A stretch of DNA of 64,000 nt from Gammaproteobacteria bacterium. Lineage in GTDB: Bacteria; Pseudomonadota; Gammaproteobacteria; UBA4575. A program made the position numbers and the translations under genes. This document shows, in pieces, positions 1-10,364 of the stretch; within the stretch, counting starts at the first letter, position 1; the number at the start of each line of letters is the position of its first letter. The stretch spans positions 768,001 to 832,000 of the forward strand of contig CBDCUI010000009.1 of the NCBI GenBank assembly GCA_965222615.1, given 5' to 3'. The notes beneath the pieces are model-generated. The model was given only the letters and a program-made list of their open reading frames with translations, did no database searches and was not told the DNA's origin.

Positions 1-428
1 AAAAGGCTCGACATGACTATTTTATTATTGAAAAAATTGAAGCTGGCATTGTACTTGAAGGCTGGGAAGTAAAAAGTTTACGTGCAAAAAACATACAATT
101 GAAGGAAAGTTATGTTCTGGTCAAAAATATGGAAGCATGGTTATTAGGCGCACATATTAGTCCACTACCTACTGCCTCTACCCATAAAACAATCGACCCC
201 ATTCGCACAAGAAAACTACTTTTACACAGAAGTGAATTGGCTAAATTAATTGGAGCTGTTGAAAGAAAAGGCTTTACCATCGTGCCATTGTCAATGTATT
301 GGAAGAAGGGAATCGCCAAAATTGAAATTGGTATAGCTCGGGGCAAACAGAAACAAGATAAACGCGCAAGTATAAAAGAACGAGATTGGCAACGTGATAA
401 ACAAAGGCTGTTAAAACACGGGAAGTAA
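1..428 (+). CDS. smpB: SsrA-binding protein SmpB (5' end outside window)
   Basis: Frame from nt 3 reads [27 protein letters not shown]...RTRKLLLH...[15 protein letters not shown], the SmpB signature; the ORF-track start at 99 is internal. Confidence 0.97.
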   Translation, partial: KARHDYFIIEKIEAGIVLEGWEVKSLRAKNIQLKESYVLVKNMEAWLLGAHISPLPTASTHKTIDPIRTRKLLLHRSELAKLIGAVERKGFTIVPLSMYWKKGIAKIEIGIARGKQKQDKRASIKERDWQRDKQRLLKHGK

Positions 429-513
429 TAACAACTTTGACTTTGTTATATTTTGCGTTCGCTCAAATACTTTGTTTTTGTATAACAGCTTTTGAAAAAC
501 TGAGAAAGCGAGT

Positions 514-744
514 CTATTCGACTCTTATGCCACAGTTAAATATTCCTGATTTTGCCTGCTTTTGTGTTTCTGCTATGCACTCCTCATATGAATCAAATTC
601 TCCAACCTCTGAAGAAGATTTAGTATTTGCATTTGCATACACTTCACCCACCCATTTACCACCGGCTGCACCACCATCATCCCCACACGCTGTTAACATT
701 AAAGGCAAAACAATACCTACAGCTGCAAAAAGTTTTTGTCTCAT
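514..744 (-). CDS. Small hypothetical lipoprotein
   Basis: From ATG 744: MRQKLFAAVGIVLPLMLTAC (lipobox LTAC), mature part with a Cys pair (YEECI...FNCG). Confidence 0.7.
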   Translation of the reverse strand: MRQKLFAAVGIVLPLMLTACGDDGGAAGGKWVGEVYANANTKSSSEVGEFDSYEECIAETQKQAKSGIFNCGIRVE

Positions 745-839
745 AACGAGTTCTCCAAAAAATGGCGAGTGTTTATTAACACGAAATGTAACGAAAATCG
801 TGTAGTACAGCAACCGCAATACATCTTATGCTGATATAA

Positions 840-1556
840 TTAGTTAGAATGGCCTTTGGTCCAGATACAGCCGGAATCACTCTCCTGCTGAATTTTATTT
901 AAAATAAGCTCATGCTCCTGCAATTCTTCTTCATTTGCATAAATTATATTTAGCGTAGGTCGATCACGCATTGCTTCTAGGTCAGTTTTACTTTGATGTG
1001 CCGATTTTTCTGTATTTGCAGCTAAACTCAACGTCGCCTGGCCGCCAGTCATAGCCAAATATACATCTGCTAAAATCTTCGCATCAAGCAAAGCCCCATG
1101 TAATTCACGTTGGGAATTGTCGATTTCATATCGTGCACACAACGCATCCAAACTATTTTTTTGGCCCGGATGCAACGTTCTTGCCAGCTCAAGGGTATCT
1201 ACTACCTCACAGCAGTCATTTATATCAGTAATATGGTGTTTGGCTTGCATTAGCTCCGCATTAATAAATCCGATATCAAATGAGGCATTGTGGATAATTA
1301 CCTCAGCACCATCGATAAATTGAAGCAGGTCATCAGCAATATTTGAAAATCTTGGTTTATCTTGTAGAAATTCCTGCTTAATACCATGCACTTCTAACGC
1401 ACCATCATCGATTTCACGTTCAGGATTTAAAAAGTAATGAAACGTTCGATTGGTAATTCGTCGATGCATGATTTCGACACATCCAATCTCGATGATACGA
1501 TGACCTTGGGAAACTTCTAAACCAGTAGTTTCTGTATCTAATACTATTTGTCGCAT
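840..1556 (-). CDS. dnaQ: DNA polymerase III epsilon subunit
   Basis: MRQIVLDTETTG, HNASFD and HGALLDA exonuclease motifs. Confidence 0.97.
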   Translation of the reverse strand: MRQIVLDTETTGLEVSQGHRIIEIGCVEIMHRRITNRTFHYFLNPEREIDDGALEVHGIKQEFLQDKPRFSNIADDLLQFIDGAEVIIHNASFDIGFINAELMQAKHHITDINDCCEVVDTLELARTLHPGQKNSLDALCARYEIDNSQRELHGALLDAKILADVYLAMTGGQATLSLAANTEKSAHQSKTDLEAMRDRPTLNIIYANEEELQEHELILNKIQQESDSGCIWTKGHSN

Positions 1557-1613
1557 TTCATAATTAGAGCTAAGACTAAGAAGTTTAATAATACAACTTT
1601 TATGCTCACACGG

Positions 1614-2054
1614 TTAGGATAACAAATCATCAATGGCTTCATTCGCTAGCTGGTCTACTCGCTCGTTTTCGACGTGCCCACTATGACCTTTGACCCATTT
1701 CCATTTCACTATATGTTGTTCAACTAATTTATCCAATTCACGCCATAAGTCATCATTTTTTACTGGCTTTTTTGAGGAAGTCTTCCAACCATTTTGTTTC
1801 CAATTTGGTAACCAGCGCTGTATTCCATCCATTAAATAACGTGAGTCAGTTGTAATACAAACTTTACATGGACGCTTTAATTTTTGTAGTGCCGATACTG
1901 CAGCTTGTAGCTCCATGCGGTTATTAGTAGTTTCCGCTTGCGCCCCACTAATTAATGTTTCTTTATTTCCATAACGCAATATGGCGGCCCATCCCCCCGG
2001 CCCGGGGTTACCGCGACAGGCACCATCAGTGTAAATATCGACTTGCTTGGGCAT
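1614..2054 (-). CDS. rnhA: Ribonuclease HI
   Basis: [39 protein letters not shown]; start taken at MPKQ (2054). Confidence 0.97.
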   Translation of the reverse strand: MPKQVDIYTDGACRGNPGPGGWAAILRYGNKETLISGAQAETTNNRMELQAAVSALQKLKRPCKVCITTDSRYLMDGIQRWLPNWKQNGWKTSSKKPVKNDDLWRELDKLVEQHIVKWKWVKGHSGHVENERVDQLANEAIDDLLS

Positions 2055-2808
2055 GCGGAGTCTGTCTAGCGGAAGGTTCCGCCACATTTACGGGCAGAAT
2101 TGAGCGACGTGGACGCCATGGTTGAGGTCTTGGAGTGAGGGTTAATACTCTCTTTTGCGCAACAAAAATTTGGATGTCACCAACACGCCCCATACCAAAA
2201 CGCTGCATTTTGTTTAATACCTCTAAACGTTGTTGTACCCGCATATTTTGAATTGGAGGCCGAAATCCAACGCGTTGTGTTTTCAATATCGTAAAATCTA
2301 AAAGCGCCAACCAATCTTTTAATCTTCGTGCTGTATAAAAATGGCCTGTCCAAGGCACACGTTTACTACGCGTTAATAAAAGCTTAGTCAAACCCATCAT
2401 GCTCAAAGGATTAAATGCAATTAATACTAAATGACCTTCTGAAATTAACACTCGATATACTTCACGTAATACCTGATGGGGATCGTGAGAAAACTCTAGA
2501 GTGTGTGGCATCACAATTAAATCGATAGTGTCTTGCGGAAAAGGTAATGCTAAAGGAGTAGCAGAGATATTGCCTTGACTAGGCGCAATGGCCATATGGA
2601 TTTTTTTGCTTATCGTGCTACTTGCTAAAAGATCTATGTCATTACCGAGAGAACCTATCTGCAATGCAAAGTAACCAAACAGATTTGGCAATAGCATTTC
2701 CATTTTGTCTTTGAGTTCATTGCTCAAAATTTGTCCAGCTGGACTCGTATACCATTCCTGCAATTGCAACGAGAATTTTTCGGAATTTTGTAAAAGTGAT
2801 TCTTGCAT
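2026..2808 (-). CDS. SAM-dependent methyltransferase (YafS-like, Methyltransf_11)
   Basis: [34 protein letters not shown]; usual position between rnhA and mltD. Confidence 0.85.
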   Translation of the reverse strand: MQESLLQNSEKFSLQLQEWYTSPAGQILSNELKDKMEMLLPNLFGYFALQIGSLGNDIDLLASSTISKKIHMAIAPSQGNISATPLALPFPQDTIDLIVMPHTLEFSHDPHQVLREVYRVLISEGHLVLIAFNPLSMMGLTKLLLTRSKRVPWTGHFYTARRLKDWLALLDFTILKTQRVGFRPPIQNMRVQQRLEVLNKMQRFGMGRVGDIQIFVAQKRVLTLTPRPQPWRPRRSILPVNVAEPSARQTPHAQASRYLH

Positions 2809-2944
2809 AAATGTAATTCTACCTTAAAACAACTGGTTGTGAGAAAATCTTTCTAAAAAGAATTAAAGTTAGCCATAACTTACGCTAATTCAATCAAATA
2901 ATTATTGTTGATCTCTTTATTTTGTATCTCTATGCTTCACGCAC

Positions 2945-4369
2945 ATGGAGGATTATGTCTCGAATAAAACTTACCTACTACTTGTCTTTGTAACATTTTT
3001 CTTTTGCTTTAGTTGTAGTCATTCTCCAACACATACAAGCCATTCTTCTGTCGAAGTCCCGCTTGAAAAACAAGAAGAGGTCTTAGACATTGCTGACGAA
3101 AATCTTTTGCCAGATTTTATCGTGCCACCGATTAGTTCTCAGGCATTAAAGCTCCCAAAAGTAAATACTGTCAGCAACAACACATCCATTTGGCAACATA
3201 TTGCTAAAAACTTTGCACTCTCTGAATTTTTTAATCACCCTCGTGTAGTCAAACAAAAACAAAAGTATCTAAATAAACCAAATTACCTTGCTGATGTAAC
3301 ACAACGATCTGAGACATTTATTCATTTTGTCTTAAGTGAAGTTGAACGACGTAATTTACCAGCAGAATTAGTAATATTACCGATGGTAGAAAGCAACTAT
3401 TTTCCTAAAGCGCGTTCGCGTGCAAGAGCTGTCGGATTATGGCAATTTATGCCTTATACTGCCAAGGAATATGGCTTAAAAAGAACCTACAGCTATGATG
3501 GGCGTCACGATGTCTACGCATCTACTATTGCAGCACTCGACTATCTTGAACAACTTAATAAAAAATTTGATGGCAATTGGCTATTAACTTTAGCCGCATA
3601 CAATGCAGGCCCACATCGAATTAACCGAGCATTAAAAACAAGTTCGATTCCAGAAAATGAAAATGCCTATTGGAATTTAAAACTGCCTCGTGAGACATGC
3701 AACTATATCCCTAAAATATTAGCATTGAGCTCGATAGTAAATGATCTAAATTTAAGCGAAACATTGTTGCACCCCATCGAGGACAAATCATTTATTGAAC
3801 CAGTAGCAATAAAAAAACGTATTTCACCAGCAAAGTTAGTGCAAGCATCTGGTATAAGTGCCGATGAGCTACATAAACTAAATCCAGCACTACGCTTCTT
3901 AAACTATCCTCTACCTGAGGGGTATCACATGTTAGTGCCCAAGCAACAAGCACAACTTATTTCGATGACAGTTAATTCACTGCCCGAAGAGAATTTTCAA
4001 AACTTAGAGAAACATCTAATTAAAGATGGTGAGTCTTTAAGTGTCATTGCAAAGCTATATGGAACAACAATTACTGCAATACAAAATGCGAACAACTTGA
4101 CAGGAAATAAAATTGTAGCAGGGCGTACACTTTTAATACCTTTACACAACGATGATAAAAAACCAATTGCTCGAACCCAAACATCGCAAAAACAAGCAGC
4201 AACTAAACCCAAAGAAGCTAGTGGCCCATATTTTTATGTTGTAGCCATGGGTGATAGCTTTTGGAAAATAGCCTCTCGCAACAACACTACGGTCAACCGC
4301 CTAGCGATAATCAATGACAGAAACCCCAATCAGCCCCTCCAACCAGGCGAATCTATCCTGATCGATTAG
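2945..4369 (+). CDS. mltD: Membrane-bound lytic murein transglycosylase D (SLT + 2 LysM)
   Basis: LPMVES catalytic Glu, AVGLWQFM, AAYNAG, LPRET, two C-terminal LysM repeats, N-terminal lipoprotein-like Cys. Confidence 0.9.
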   Translation: MEDYVSNKTYLLLVFVTFFFCFSCSHSPTHTSHSSVEVPLEKQEEVLDIADENLLPDFIVPPISSQALKLPKVNTVSNNTSIWQHIAKNFALSEFFNHPRVVKQKQKYLNKPNYLADVTQRSETFIHFVLSEVERRNLPAELVILPMVESNYFPKARSRARAVGLWQFMPYTAKEYGLKRTYSYDGRHDVYASTIAALDYLEQLNKKFDGNWLLTLAAYNAGPHRINRALKTSSIPENENAYWNLKLPRETCNYIPKILALSSIVNDLNLSETLLHPIEDKSFIEPVAIKKRISPAKLVQASGISADELHKLNPALRFLNYPLPEGYHMLVPKQQAQLISMTVNSLPEENFQNLEKHLIKDGESLSVIAKLYGTTITAIQNANNLTGNKIVAGRTLLIPLHNDDKKPIARTQTSQKQAATKPKEASGPYFYVVAMGDSFWKIASRNNTTVNRLAIINDRNPNQPLQPGESILID

Positions 4370-4680
4370 CGGCTCAGATGCCGATTTGCTTGTCTAAACA
4401 ACTGAATTTTATACCTACATATCCCTAAAATTAGATTCTTCGTCGCGCCCTGAGGCGCCAATTATGGTGAAGGGATAGATGACTGTAGTATCCTCCAAAA
4501 GCTCGTAACTACCTTAATGATAGAGGAAATATGCGCTGTTTAAGTGGCTTTTAAGTCACTGATCAGAAATCAGTTACATGAATTCAAATCTACCGGCTAT
4601 AAGCTTTTAAACCAAGCAGTATTTAAATGGATATCTGGTCAATGAGCTAGACAGTTGCTCAATTGTGCAAAATAGTGAGT

Positions 4681-6168
4681 ATGTCAAAAGCAACTAAAAT
4701 AAGTAATAAATGGATCGGATTTGGTCTATTTGGTCTGATAGTGATTACATCAGCACAATGGAGTTTGCAACTTTCTCCTTGGGTTACAATTTTTGCAGTA
4801 CTTATTCTCATTATAAGTGCATACTTTTTTCTACGTACCGCAACTCATGAAATCGCTGACACTGATGAAAATGCTGCTGCGGATCGTTTCCTCTCACGAA
4901 ATAATGCACGAAGTGTAGGACTAAAACTTCAAGGTCTTGGTAAACTAAGCCTAGCATTTGAAAAATTTAAACAATGCTCTCACAATCACGATTCAGCCAA
5001 TCTTTTATACAATTTAGCGATTGATTTTCAAATCAAAAGTGAACCCGAAAACGCTAAACGGGTACTACAATATATCGCTACATTTGAGCCCAACTTTAAA
5101 GATGTAAAAGAACGTTTAAGTTTCTTCGAACCCGAACCAATTACAATAGTAGATGATAGTATTGCTGAGGATCTAGAAGAGGAAGAACCTACTGCAATTG
5201 AGCCTTATGTAGAGAAACGCTCTTTTATAGATACTATCCAGGAAAAATTTTTAAAAACTGCAGATAAACTAGAATCACAACCAGATACAGAAGAGCATGA
5301 AACTTCCGACATCGATGAAGAGCTTAGCGATTATCCACGTCTTTATGGCAGTCGCTACAAAGTTATTAAGCTCCTTGGCAAAGGGACTACTGGAGCAGTC
5401 TTTAAAGGTAAAGATTTAGCTGCAGATAGGCTACTTGCTATCAAAGTATTAAACCTTACTAGTGAACTAGACCCAGATCAGTTAGACGAATATAAATTTC
5501 GTTTTCATCGTGAGGCAGATACTGCGGGTAATCTCGAGCACCCAAATATAGTCAAGATTTATGATAATGGGGAAACCGAAGGTTTTGCCTATATTGTCAT
5601 GGAATACGTAGATGGTATAAATTTACGCTACTATGCGCGTGCAGATAAACTTCTACACCCTAAGAAAGTATTAAAATTGATTGCTCAGTCAGCTGACGCA
5701 CTTACCTACGCCCATAAACAAAGCCTGATTCATCGCGATATCAAGCCTGCTAATATTCTGTATAACCAAAGCGACGATTTTGTTAAGCTGACTGATTTCG
5801 GAATTGCAAAAATACCTGACTCAACACGAACTCGTGCAGGTTCAATACTAGGTACACCTTTATATATGTCTCCTGAGCAACTTGCAGGAGAAACCTTAGA
5901 TGCTCGCTCCGATTTATATTCTCTAGGCGTAACCTTATATCATCTATTAACCGGTTCACCACCCTTTCGTCCAAAAACTATGGCAGAATTACTGCGTTCT
6001 ATCACACATGAAAGGCATAAAGATATCGCCGAAATTAACCCAGGCACACCTGCTTGCATAGCTTGGACTGTCAACAAGGCATTAGAGAAAGATCCAGACA
6101 AACGCTTTCAATCTGCTGCAAGCATGGCCAACAAACTACGCGAATGCGAGATGATGCTTGATGGCTAA
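4681..6168 (+). CDS. Hanks-type Ser/Thr protein kinase with N-terminal TM helices and TPR-like segment
   Basis: LGKGTTGAV, AIK, HRDIKPAN, DFG, GTPLYMSPEQ, SDLYSLG; start taken at MSKATK. Confidence 0.93.
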   Translation: MSKATKISNKWIGFGLFGLIVITSAQWSLQLSPWVTIFAVLILIISAYFFLRTATHEIADTDENAAADRFLSRNNARSVGLKLQGLGKLSLAFEKFKQCSHNHDSANLLYNLAIDFQIKSEPENAKRVLQYIATFEPNFKDVKERLSFFEPEPITIVDDSIAEDLEEEEPTAIEPYVEKRSFIDTIQEKFLKTADKLESQPDTEEHETSDIDEELSDYPRLYGSRYKVIKLLGKGTTGAVFKGKDLAADRLLAIKVLNLTSELDPDQLDEYKFRFHREADTAGNLEHPNIVKIYDNGETEGFAYIVMEYVDGINLRYYARADKLLHPKKVLKLIAQSADALTYAHKQSLIHRDIKPANILYNQSDDFVKLTDFGIAKIPDSTRTRAGSILGTPLYMSPEQLAGETLDARSDLYSLGVTLYHLLTGSPPFRPKTMAELLRSITHERHKDIAEINPGTPACIAWTVNKALEKDPDKRFQSAASMANKLRECEMMLDG

Positions 6169-6177
6169 ACAATCCCT

Positions 6178-7005
6178 ATGAACTTAAAAGGTACACTTGA
6201 TATTGCTGGACGCTCAAACACAGGACTAGTGCGTGCAAACAATGAAGACAAAATAGGCGAAGATCAAGAAATTGGTTTAGTCGTACTAGCAGATGGTATG
6301 GGTGGCTATAAGGGTGGAGAAGTTGCAAGCCGTATTGCAGTTAATACTATTTTAGAAGAATTACGTACAGAAATTCCTAATCTCATACCAGGAGAAATAG
6401 ACGAACAAACTGGGTATACAAAGGAAAGTTTAGCTGCGCGTAAATCTATTGTTAAAGCCAACGAATCAATTTTTACAGTAAGTACAAGTGAACCACAATA
6501 TCGTGGCATGGGCACAACACTTGTAATGGGAATCTTTTACGATAACCAAATCACTATTGCACATGTCGGTGACTCAAGGATGTATCGTTATCGAGATGGA
6601 AATTTTCAACAAGTAACAGTAGATCATACTCTGTTACAGGAACTCGTTGATCGTGGTTTTTATACGCAAGAAGAAGCAAACTCATCGCTCAATAAAAATT
6701 TAGTCACGCGTGCACTAGGCATTGAAGGTAGTATCGCAGTAGATATCAAAGAAGATTTGGCAATGCCTGATGACATTTACTTGCTATGCTCCGATGGTCT
6801 GACAGATATGGTCGATGATCAGGAAATTCATGCAACGGTAACGGCATTTAAGGATAATCTTGATGAATTGGCGGATAAGTTGATTGCAATTGCTAATGAG
6901 AATGGGGGCCGAGACAACGTTTCGGTATTATTAGCAAAACCAAATAAAGAGTTTCCTGGTAAGAAAACTTGGAAGAAAAAGTTTAGTAAATTTCTCCACA
7001 AGTAG
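6178..7005 (+). CDS. PP2C-family Ser/Thr phosphatase (Stp1/PppA-like)
   Basis: RANNED, LADGMGG, HVGDSR, LCSDGL, GGRDN. Confidence 0.93.
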   Translation: MNLKGTLDIAGRSNTGLVRANNEDKIGEDQEIGLVVLADGMGGYKGGEVASRIAVNTILEELRTEIPNLIPGEIDEQTGYTKESLAARKSIVKANESIFTVSTSEPQYRGMGTTLVMGIFYDNQITIAHVGDSRMYRYRDGNFQQVTVDHTLLQELVDRGFYTQEEANSSLNKNLVTRALGIEGSIAVDIKEDLAMPDDIYLLCSDGLTDMVDDQEIHATVTAFKDNLDELADKLIAIANENGGRDNVSVLLAKPNKEFPGKKTWKKKFSKFLHK

Positions 7006-7014
7006 AATTGTGAC

Positions 7015-7971
7015 ATGCCTAAATTAATTTTAAGCGTCGATGATAAGATCATTGACGAATTCAATATAGATAAAGACACTGTCACCATCGGTCGACGAAC
7101 AGACAATGATATCTGTTTGGATAATCTTGCGATCAGTGGTTATCATTCTCAAATTACTACTGTGCTCAATGATTCTTTTTTGGAAGATTTGAACAGCACA
7201 AATGGGACATTTGTAAACTCTAAAATTGTCAAAAAGCATGCATTGAAAGATGGCGATATTATCGATATCGGAAACCATCGTATTAAATATATCAATCATC
7301 TTGCCACTAGTTCAGCCAATAGCGAATTTGAAAAAACAGTGGTAATAAGCCCCAACTACAATGAGAAAAAAATTGATGCTTCGATTGAAAACTTAGAAAG
7401 TGAAATTGAAGCGCTTATCGATACAAAAGAAGATGCCGACAATGACTCTCAAGATAGCAATAATAATGAACAAGCCGTTGCACTGATCGATGCAATCTAT
7501 GATGGACATGAAGATACCTCTCTAAAAATACCATCTATAGAAGATTCACCAGCTTCAGAAGAACCAGAGCTCAAAAAAGAATCATCTGCTGAAAATTTAG
7601 CTGATGAAAAATTAAGTTCTGAAGAAATGGGCCCTGTAGAAGCTACTATAGAAAAATCATCACCTAAAAAAGAAACTCCTTCCAAATCAGATGATAATGA
7701 AAACAAACTAGGCCGTATTCAAATTCTCAGTGGCAGTAATTGTGGTAAAGAATTAACTCTCGATAAGACTTTAACAACCTTAGGCAAGCCTGAGGTCGCG
7801 GTAGTTGGCATCACTAAACGCCGCAGTGGTTATTTCATCGTACATATCGATGGCAGTGAAGGTAATGCCTCTAGATTGAATGGTGAAATTATTAAAGGCA
7901 AAGCCCAGCCTCTAGAAGATCATGACATCATCGATGTCGCTGGGATTAAGTTAGAGTTTTTTGTCGAATAA
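7015..7971 (+). CDS. FHA-domain protein (N-terminal FHA, acidic linker, C-terminal FHA-like domain)
   Basis: IGRRTDND, SGYHS, DLNSTNGTFVN; second FHA-like fold at the C-terminus. Confidence 0.9.
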   Translation: MPKLILSVDDKIIDEFNIDKDTVTIGRRTDNDICLDNLAISGYHSQITTVLNDSFLEDLNSTNGTFVNSKIVKKHALKDGDIIDIGNHRIKYINHLATSSANSEFEKTVVISPNYNEKKIDASIENLESEIEALIDTKEDADNDSQDSNNNEQAVALIDAIYDGHEDTSLKIPSIEDSPASEEPELKKESSAENLADEKLSSEEMGPVEATIEKSSPKKETPSKSDDNENKLGRIQILSGSNCGKELTLDKTLTTLGKPEVAVVGITKRRSGYFIVHIDGSEGNASRLNGEIIKGKAQPLEDHDIIDVAGIKLEFFVE

Positions 7972-8006
7972 TCTCGAAGTATTTTTCATTAAGCTGTTTG
8001 AAACAA

Positions 8007-8510
8007 CTATAACTTATAAGTGACTGCTTTTGAGTCAAAGCATACTAGCTTGTGTGTTTTTACACTGTACTTAAATTTATGCTTTAAAAGCCTTAGCAAA
8101 TTAGATAATAACTCATTAACTGAATTAACCATAACATCAACAGTTAAAGCCCCTTCAAGCAGGACCCCTTCAAGCCCACCTTTTTGATTTACCACTGGCA
8201 CAGAGCTAACCCCAGCATCTCTCATATGTGCAATTGTCTCTATTATGTAGTCGTCTTCTACGGCAGTTAATATTTCATTACTAATAACATACTTCACAGC
8301 AACGTCATTCAGATTTATCTCATTGATCAACATATCAGTCACGACATCCCTATCTGCTAACGCGCCTATAGGTAAGTGTTGATTATCCTTATATTCAACT
8401 ACGACAATATCCCCAACGTGATTGTTACGCATAGTTTGAGCTGCTTTTTGTATTGAGTCGTCAGGTTGGCATATGACTACATTTTGATTTCTTAATTTGT
8501 CGATATACAT
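8007..8510 (-). CDS. CBS-domain protein, possibly degenerating
   Basis: AAQTMRNNHVGDIVVV...DRDVV and MRDAGVSSVPVV CBS pair; a short tandem duplication gives LEGVLLEGAL. Confidence 0.75.
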   Translation of the reverse strand: MYIDKLRNQNVVICQPDDSIQKAAQTMRNNHVGDIVVVEYKDNQHLPIGALADRDVVTDMLINEINLNDVAVKYVISNEILTAVEDDYIIETIAHMRDAGVSSVPVVNQKGGLEGVLLEGALTVDVMVNSVNELLSNLLRLLKHKFKYSVKTHKLVCFDSKAVTYKL

Positions 8511-8582
8511 AGTTTCTTACCCTTTAACTTTTAAGAGAACGTCCTTGTTCATTAGTTGTCCGTAGTATTTTTTACCAAAATA

Positions 8583-9275
8583 TTATTTAGCTGGCACAAA
8601 GATTGCTGCACGAATCGGCGGTAAAGGATTACCCATGGGATCAAGATCATCATGATCAGTAGTTAGATCTGTTATCCATGATGTATCACCAAGCATTGTC
8701 TCCATAGGAAGATCATGTATAGCCAACGCAATATGAACATCTGCCTTGAACCCATGACCTCGTTTTAATCCAACATCACTATTCTTGCCCAGTCCTTTAT
8801 TTATGTGTATTCCCTCTGGTATTTTTCCTGCAACTGTCTTGGCATGAATATTGACCACGCCATTGCCCATTCCATCGTCGGTACTAATTGCACTGCCTGC
8901 ATAATAAACTGCTGTTTGTGTGTCTGGATTTGAAATATCACTAAGAGCACACTTTGTTAATACTTCTCCATCTGGACCTTTCACTACAGTTTCATCATCG
9001 CACTTGTTTGGTTTGTTAAATATGATAAACCAAGCGGTAACGGGTACACCTGGATTTGGCACTAATGACATAATATTCGCTTTTAATTCATTTTTTTTAC
9101 GAAATAATGTCGCGGCACCTGTATATAGTGAACTCTCACTAACACCACCTTGACTACCATCAAATGTAAGCACATCTGCTGCTTGATACGCTAATTTCAT
9201 ATCGCCAGAGGAAGCATGAGCTGGAGAGCAAATAAATATTGCGGTAATAAATGAAATTAAAAATATTTTTTTCAT
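8583..9275 (-). CDS. Secreted hypothetical protein (cassette cargo 1)
   Basis: Sec signal MKKIFLISFITAIFICSPAHA; WFIIFNKPNKC...C motif; preceded by shared leader copy 1. Confidence 0.85.
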   Translation of the reverse strand: MKKIFLISFITAIFICSPAHASSGDMKLAYQAADVLTFDGSQGGVSESSLYTGAATLFRKKNELKANIMSLVPNPGVPVTAWFIIFNKPNKCDDETVVKGPDGEVLTKCALSDISNPDTQTAVYYAGSAISTDDGMGNGVVNIHAKTVAGKIPEGIHINKGLGKNSDVGLKRGHGFKADVHIALAIHDLPMETMLGDTSWITDLTTDHDDLDPMGNPLPPIRAAIFVPAK

Positions 9276-9424
9276 AAGTTATTCCCCTTCTTTTCTAATA
9301 AAAATTTTATAAAGTTATGAAAATTAGTGAATGCTGTTTCCAGCATTCAGGTTTACTTGAGCAAAAATTTATTTGCTTAAGTTACTAGTAAAGATGGGAG
9401 ATAGATAAAATTGTCAGAAAAAAT
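9276..9424 (-). repeat. Shared promoter/5'-leader module, copy 1
   Basis: Aligns along its length with 10147-10294 and 18927-19074 (ccttcttttctaat...attttataaagttatgaaa...gtaaagatggg.gata...ttgtcagaaaa). Confidence 0.95.
9392..9418 (-). promoter_or_regulatory. Predicted ECF-sigma promoter TCTGACA-N15-CATCT
   Basis: Minus strand tctgaca attttatctatctcc catct; motif recurs at four other intergenic sites in the locus. Confidence 0.8.
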
Positions 9425-9633
9425 TTTTGAGGCTAGTGAAAAGACAGATGTTTGGTACGGTTGCTTGTGCCAATAATGGTATTCAGTGGTACACAAGTTA
9501 TCTCAGTGGGTTTCAGAGTGGCCCGTAATTGACACATTGATTCAGATTAGCCTTTATGCGGCCTACCGTACTGAACAAACCGATACTTCGCTACTCCTGA
9601 AGTTCTATACCCTGCATTCAGAAATGCCCAACC

Positions 9634-10146
9634 TTAGTCATCGTCGCTTCTGTCATTATCTTCGGAGTTTAACAAGTCCAGGCGTCGGCCCTCATAGGTA
9701 ATGAATCCGAATGGAAACTCTACGTCTGGCGTACCATTCAAATCTGGAAAATCTTCGCTATTGGCAGCGTTCACGAAATACTGTTTTATACCTATGTCAC
9801 CCTTCAGAATATCGTTGTCGAGCTTCAGCTGTAACGTCGCCAACGTTATGTGCTGTTGCACTCCGGTACTGTCGTAATGGATATTGATTAGTTTAACCAG
9901 GATATTCTTGCGACTAATTTTTTCCCAGTTTCCATATGCCACTGAATCAAATCCATCACTGAAATCTGAAGTGTCCACCGACGTCGCGGTGCCATCCTGA
10001 TGTAGTGTTAAGATACGATGAAACAGGAGGTCATCTAAAATCGAAACATTACCAGGGAATACGCCAACCAGATTCGAATCCGCATCAGCACTTAATGTGA
10101 TACACAGAAATAGAATTGTCGATAAAAAACGGACTATTATTTTCAT
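9634..10146 (-). CDS. Secreted hypothetical protein, probably beta-barrel/lipocalin-like (cassette cargo 2)
   Basis: Signal MKIIVRFLSTILFLCITLSADA; LTLHQDGT...YGNWEK beta-rich pattern; preceded by leader copy 2. Confidence 0.8.
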   Translation of the reverse strand: MKIIVRFLSTILFLCITLSADADSNLVGVFPGNVSILDDLLFHRILTLHQDGTATSVDTSDFSDGFDSVAYGNWEKISRKNILVKLINIHYDSTGVQQHITLATLQLKLDNDILKGDIGIKQYFVNAANSEDFPDLNGTPDVEFPFGFITYEGRRLDLLNSEDNDRSDDD

Positions 10147-10294
10147 CTGAACTCCCCTTCTTTTCTAATAAAAATTTTATAAAGTTATGAAAATTGATAA
10201 ATACTGTTACCAATTTTTACGTTTGCTTGAGAAAATGTTTAATTACTCAAGTTACTGGTAAAGATGGGGGATAGATGAATTTGTCAGAAAAATT
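10147..10294 (-). repeat. Shared promoter/5'-leader module, copy 2 (promoter 10262-10288)
   Basis: Minus strand tctgaca aattcatctatcccc catct; same spacing to ATG as copies 1 and 3. Confidence 0.95.
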
Positions 10295-10364
10295 TTTATT
10301 ATTTTATGATTTAAAATAACCAAGAAGGCAGAAATAATATTTTGGGCTAGCAAAATACAGATGC

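Noticed and set aside
437-805. 122-aa plus-strand ORF after smpB
   Set aside because: Antisense shadow of the lipoprotein gene at 514-744, which has a clear lipobox
6799-6805. Other TCTGACA heptamers (e.g. 6799, 45061)
   Set aside because: They lie inside coding regions and lack the CATCT/CGTCT box at 15-16 nt
9486-9701. 71-aa ORF and a possible IS3-like end (gtgtcaattacgggccact on the minus strand) between cargo genes
   Set aside because: The ORF overlaps cargo 2 antisense and has no recognisable motif; the IS-end resemblance has no partner IR, so it is too weak to call
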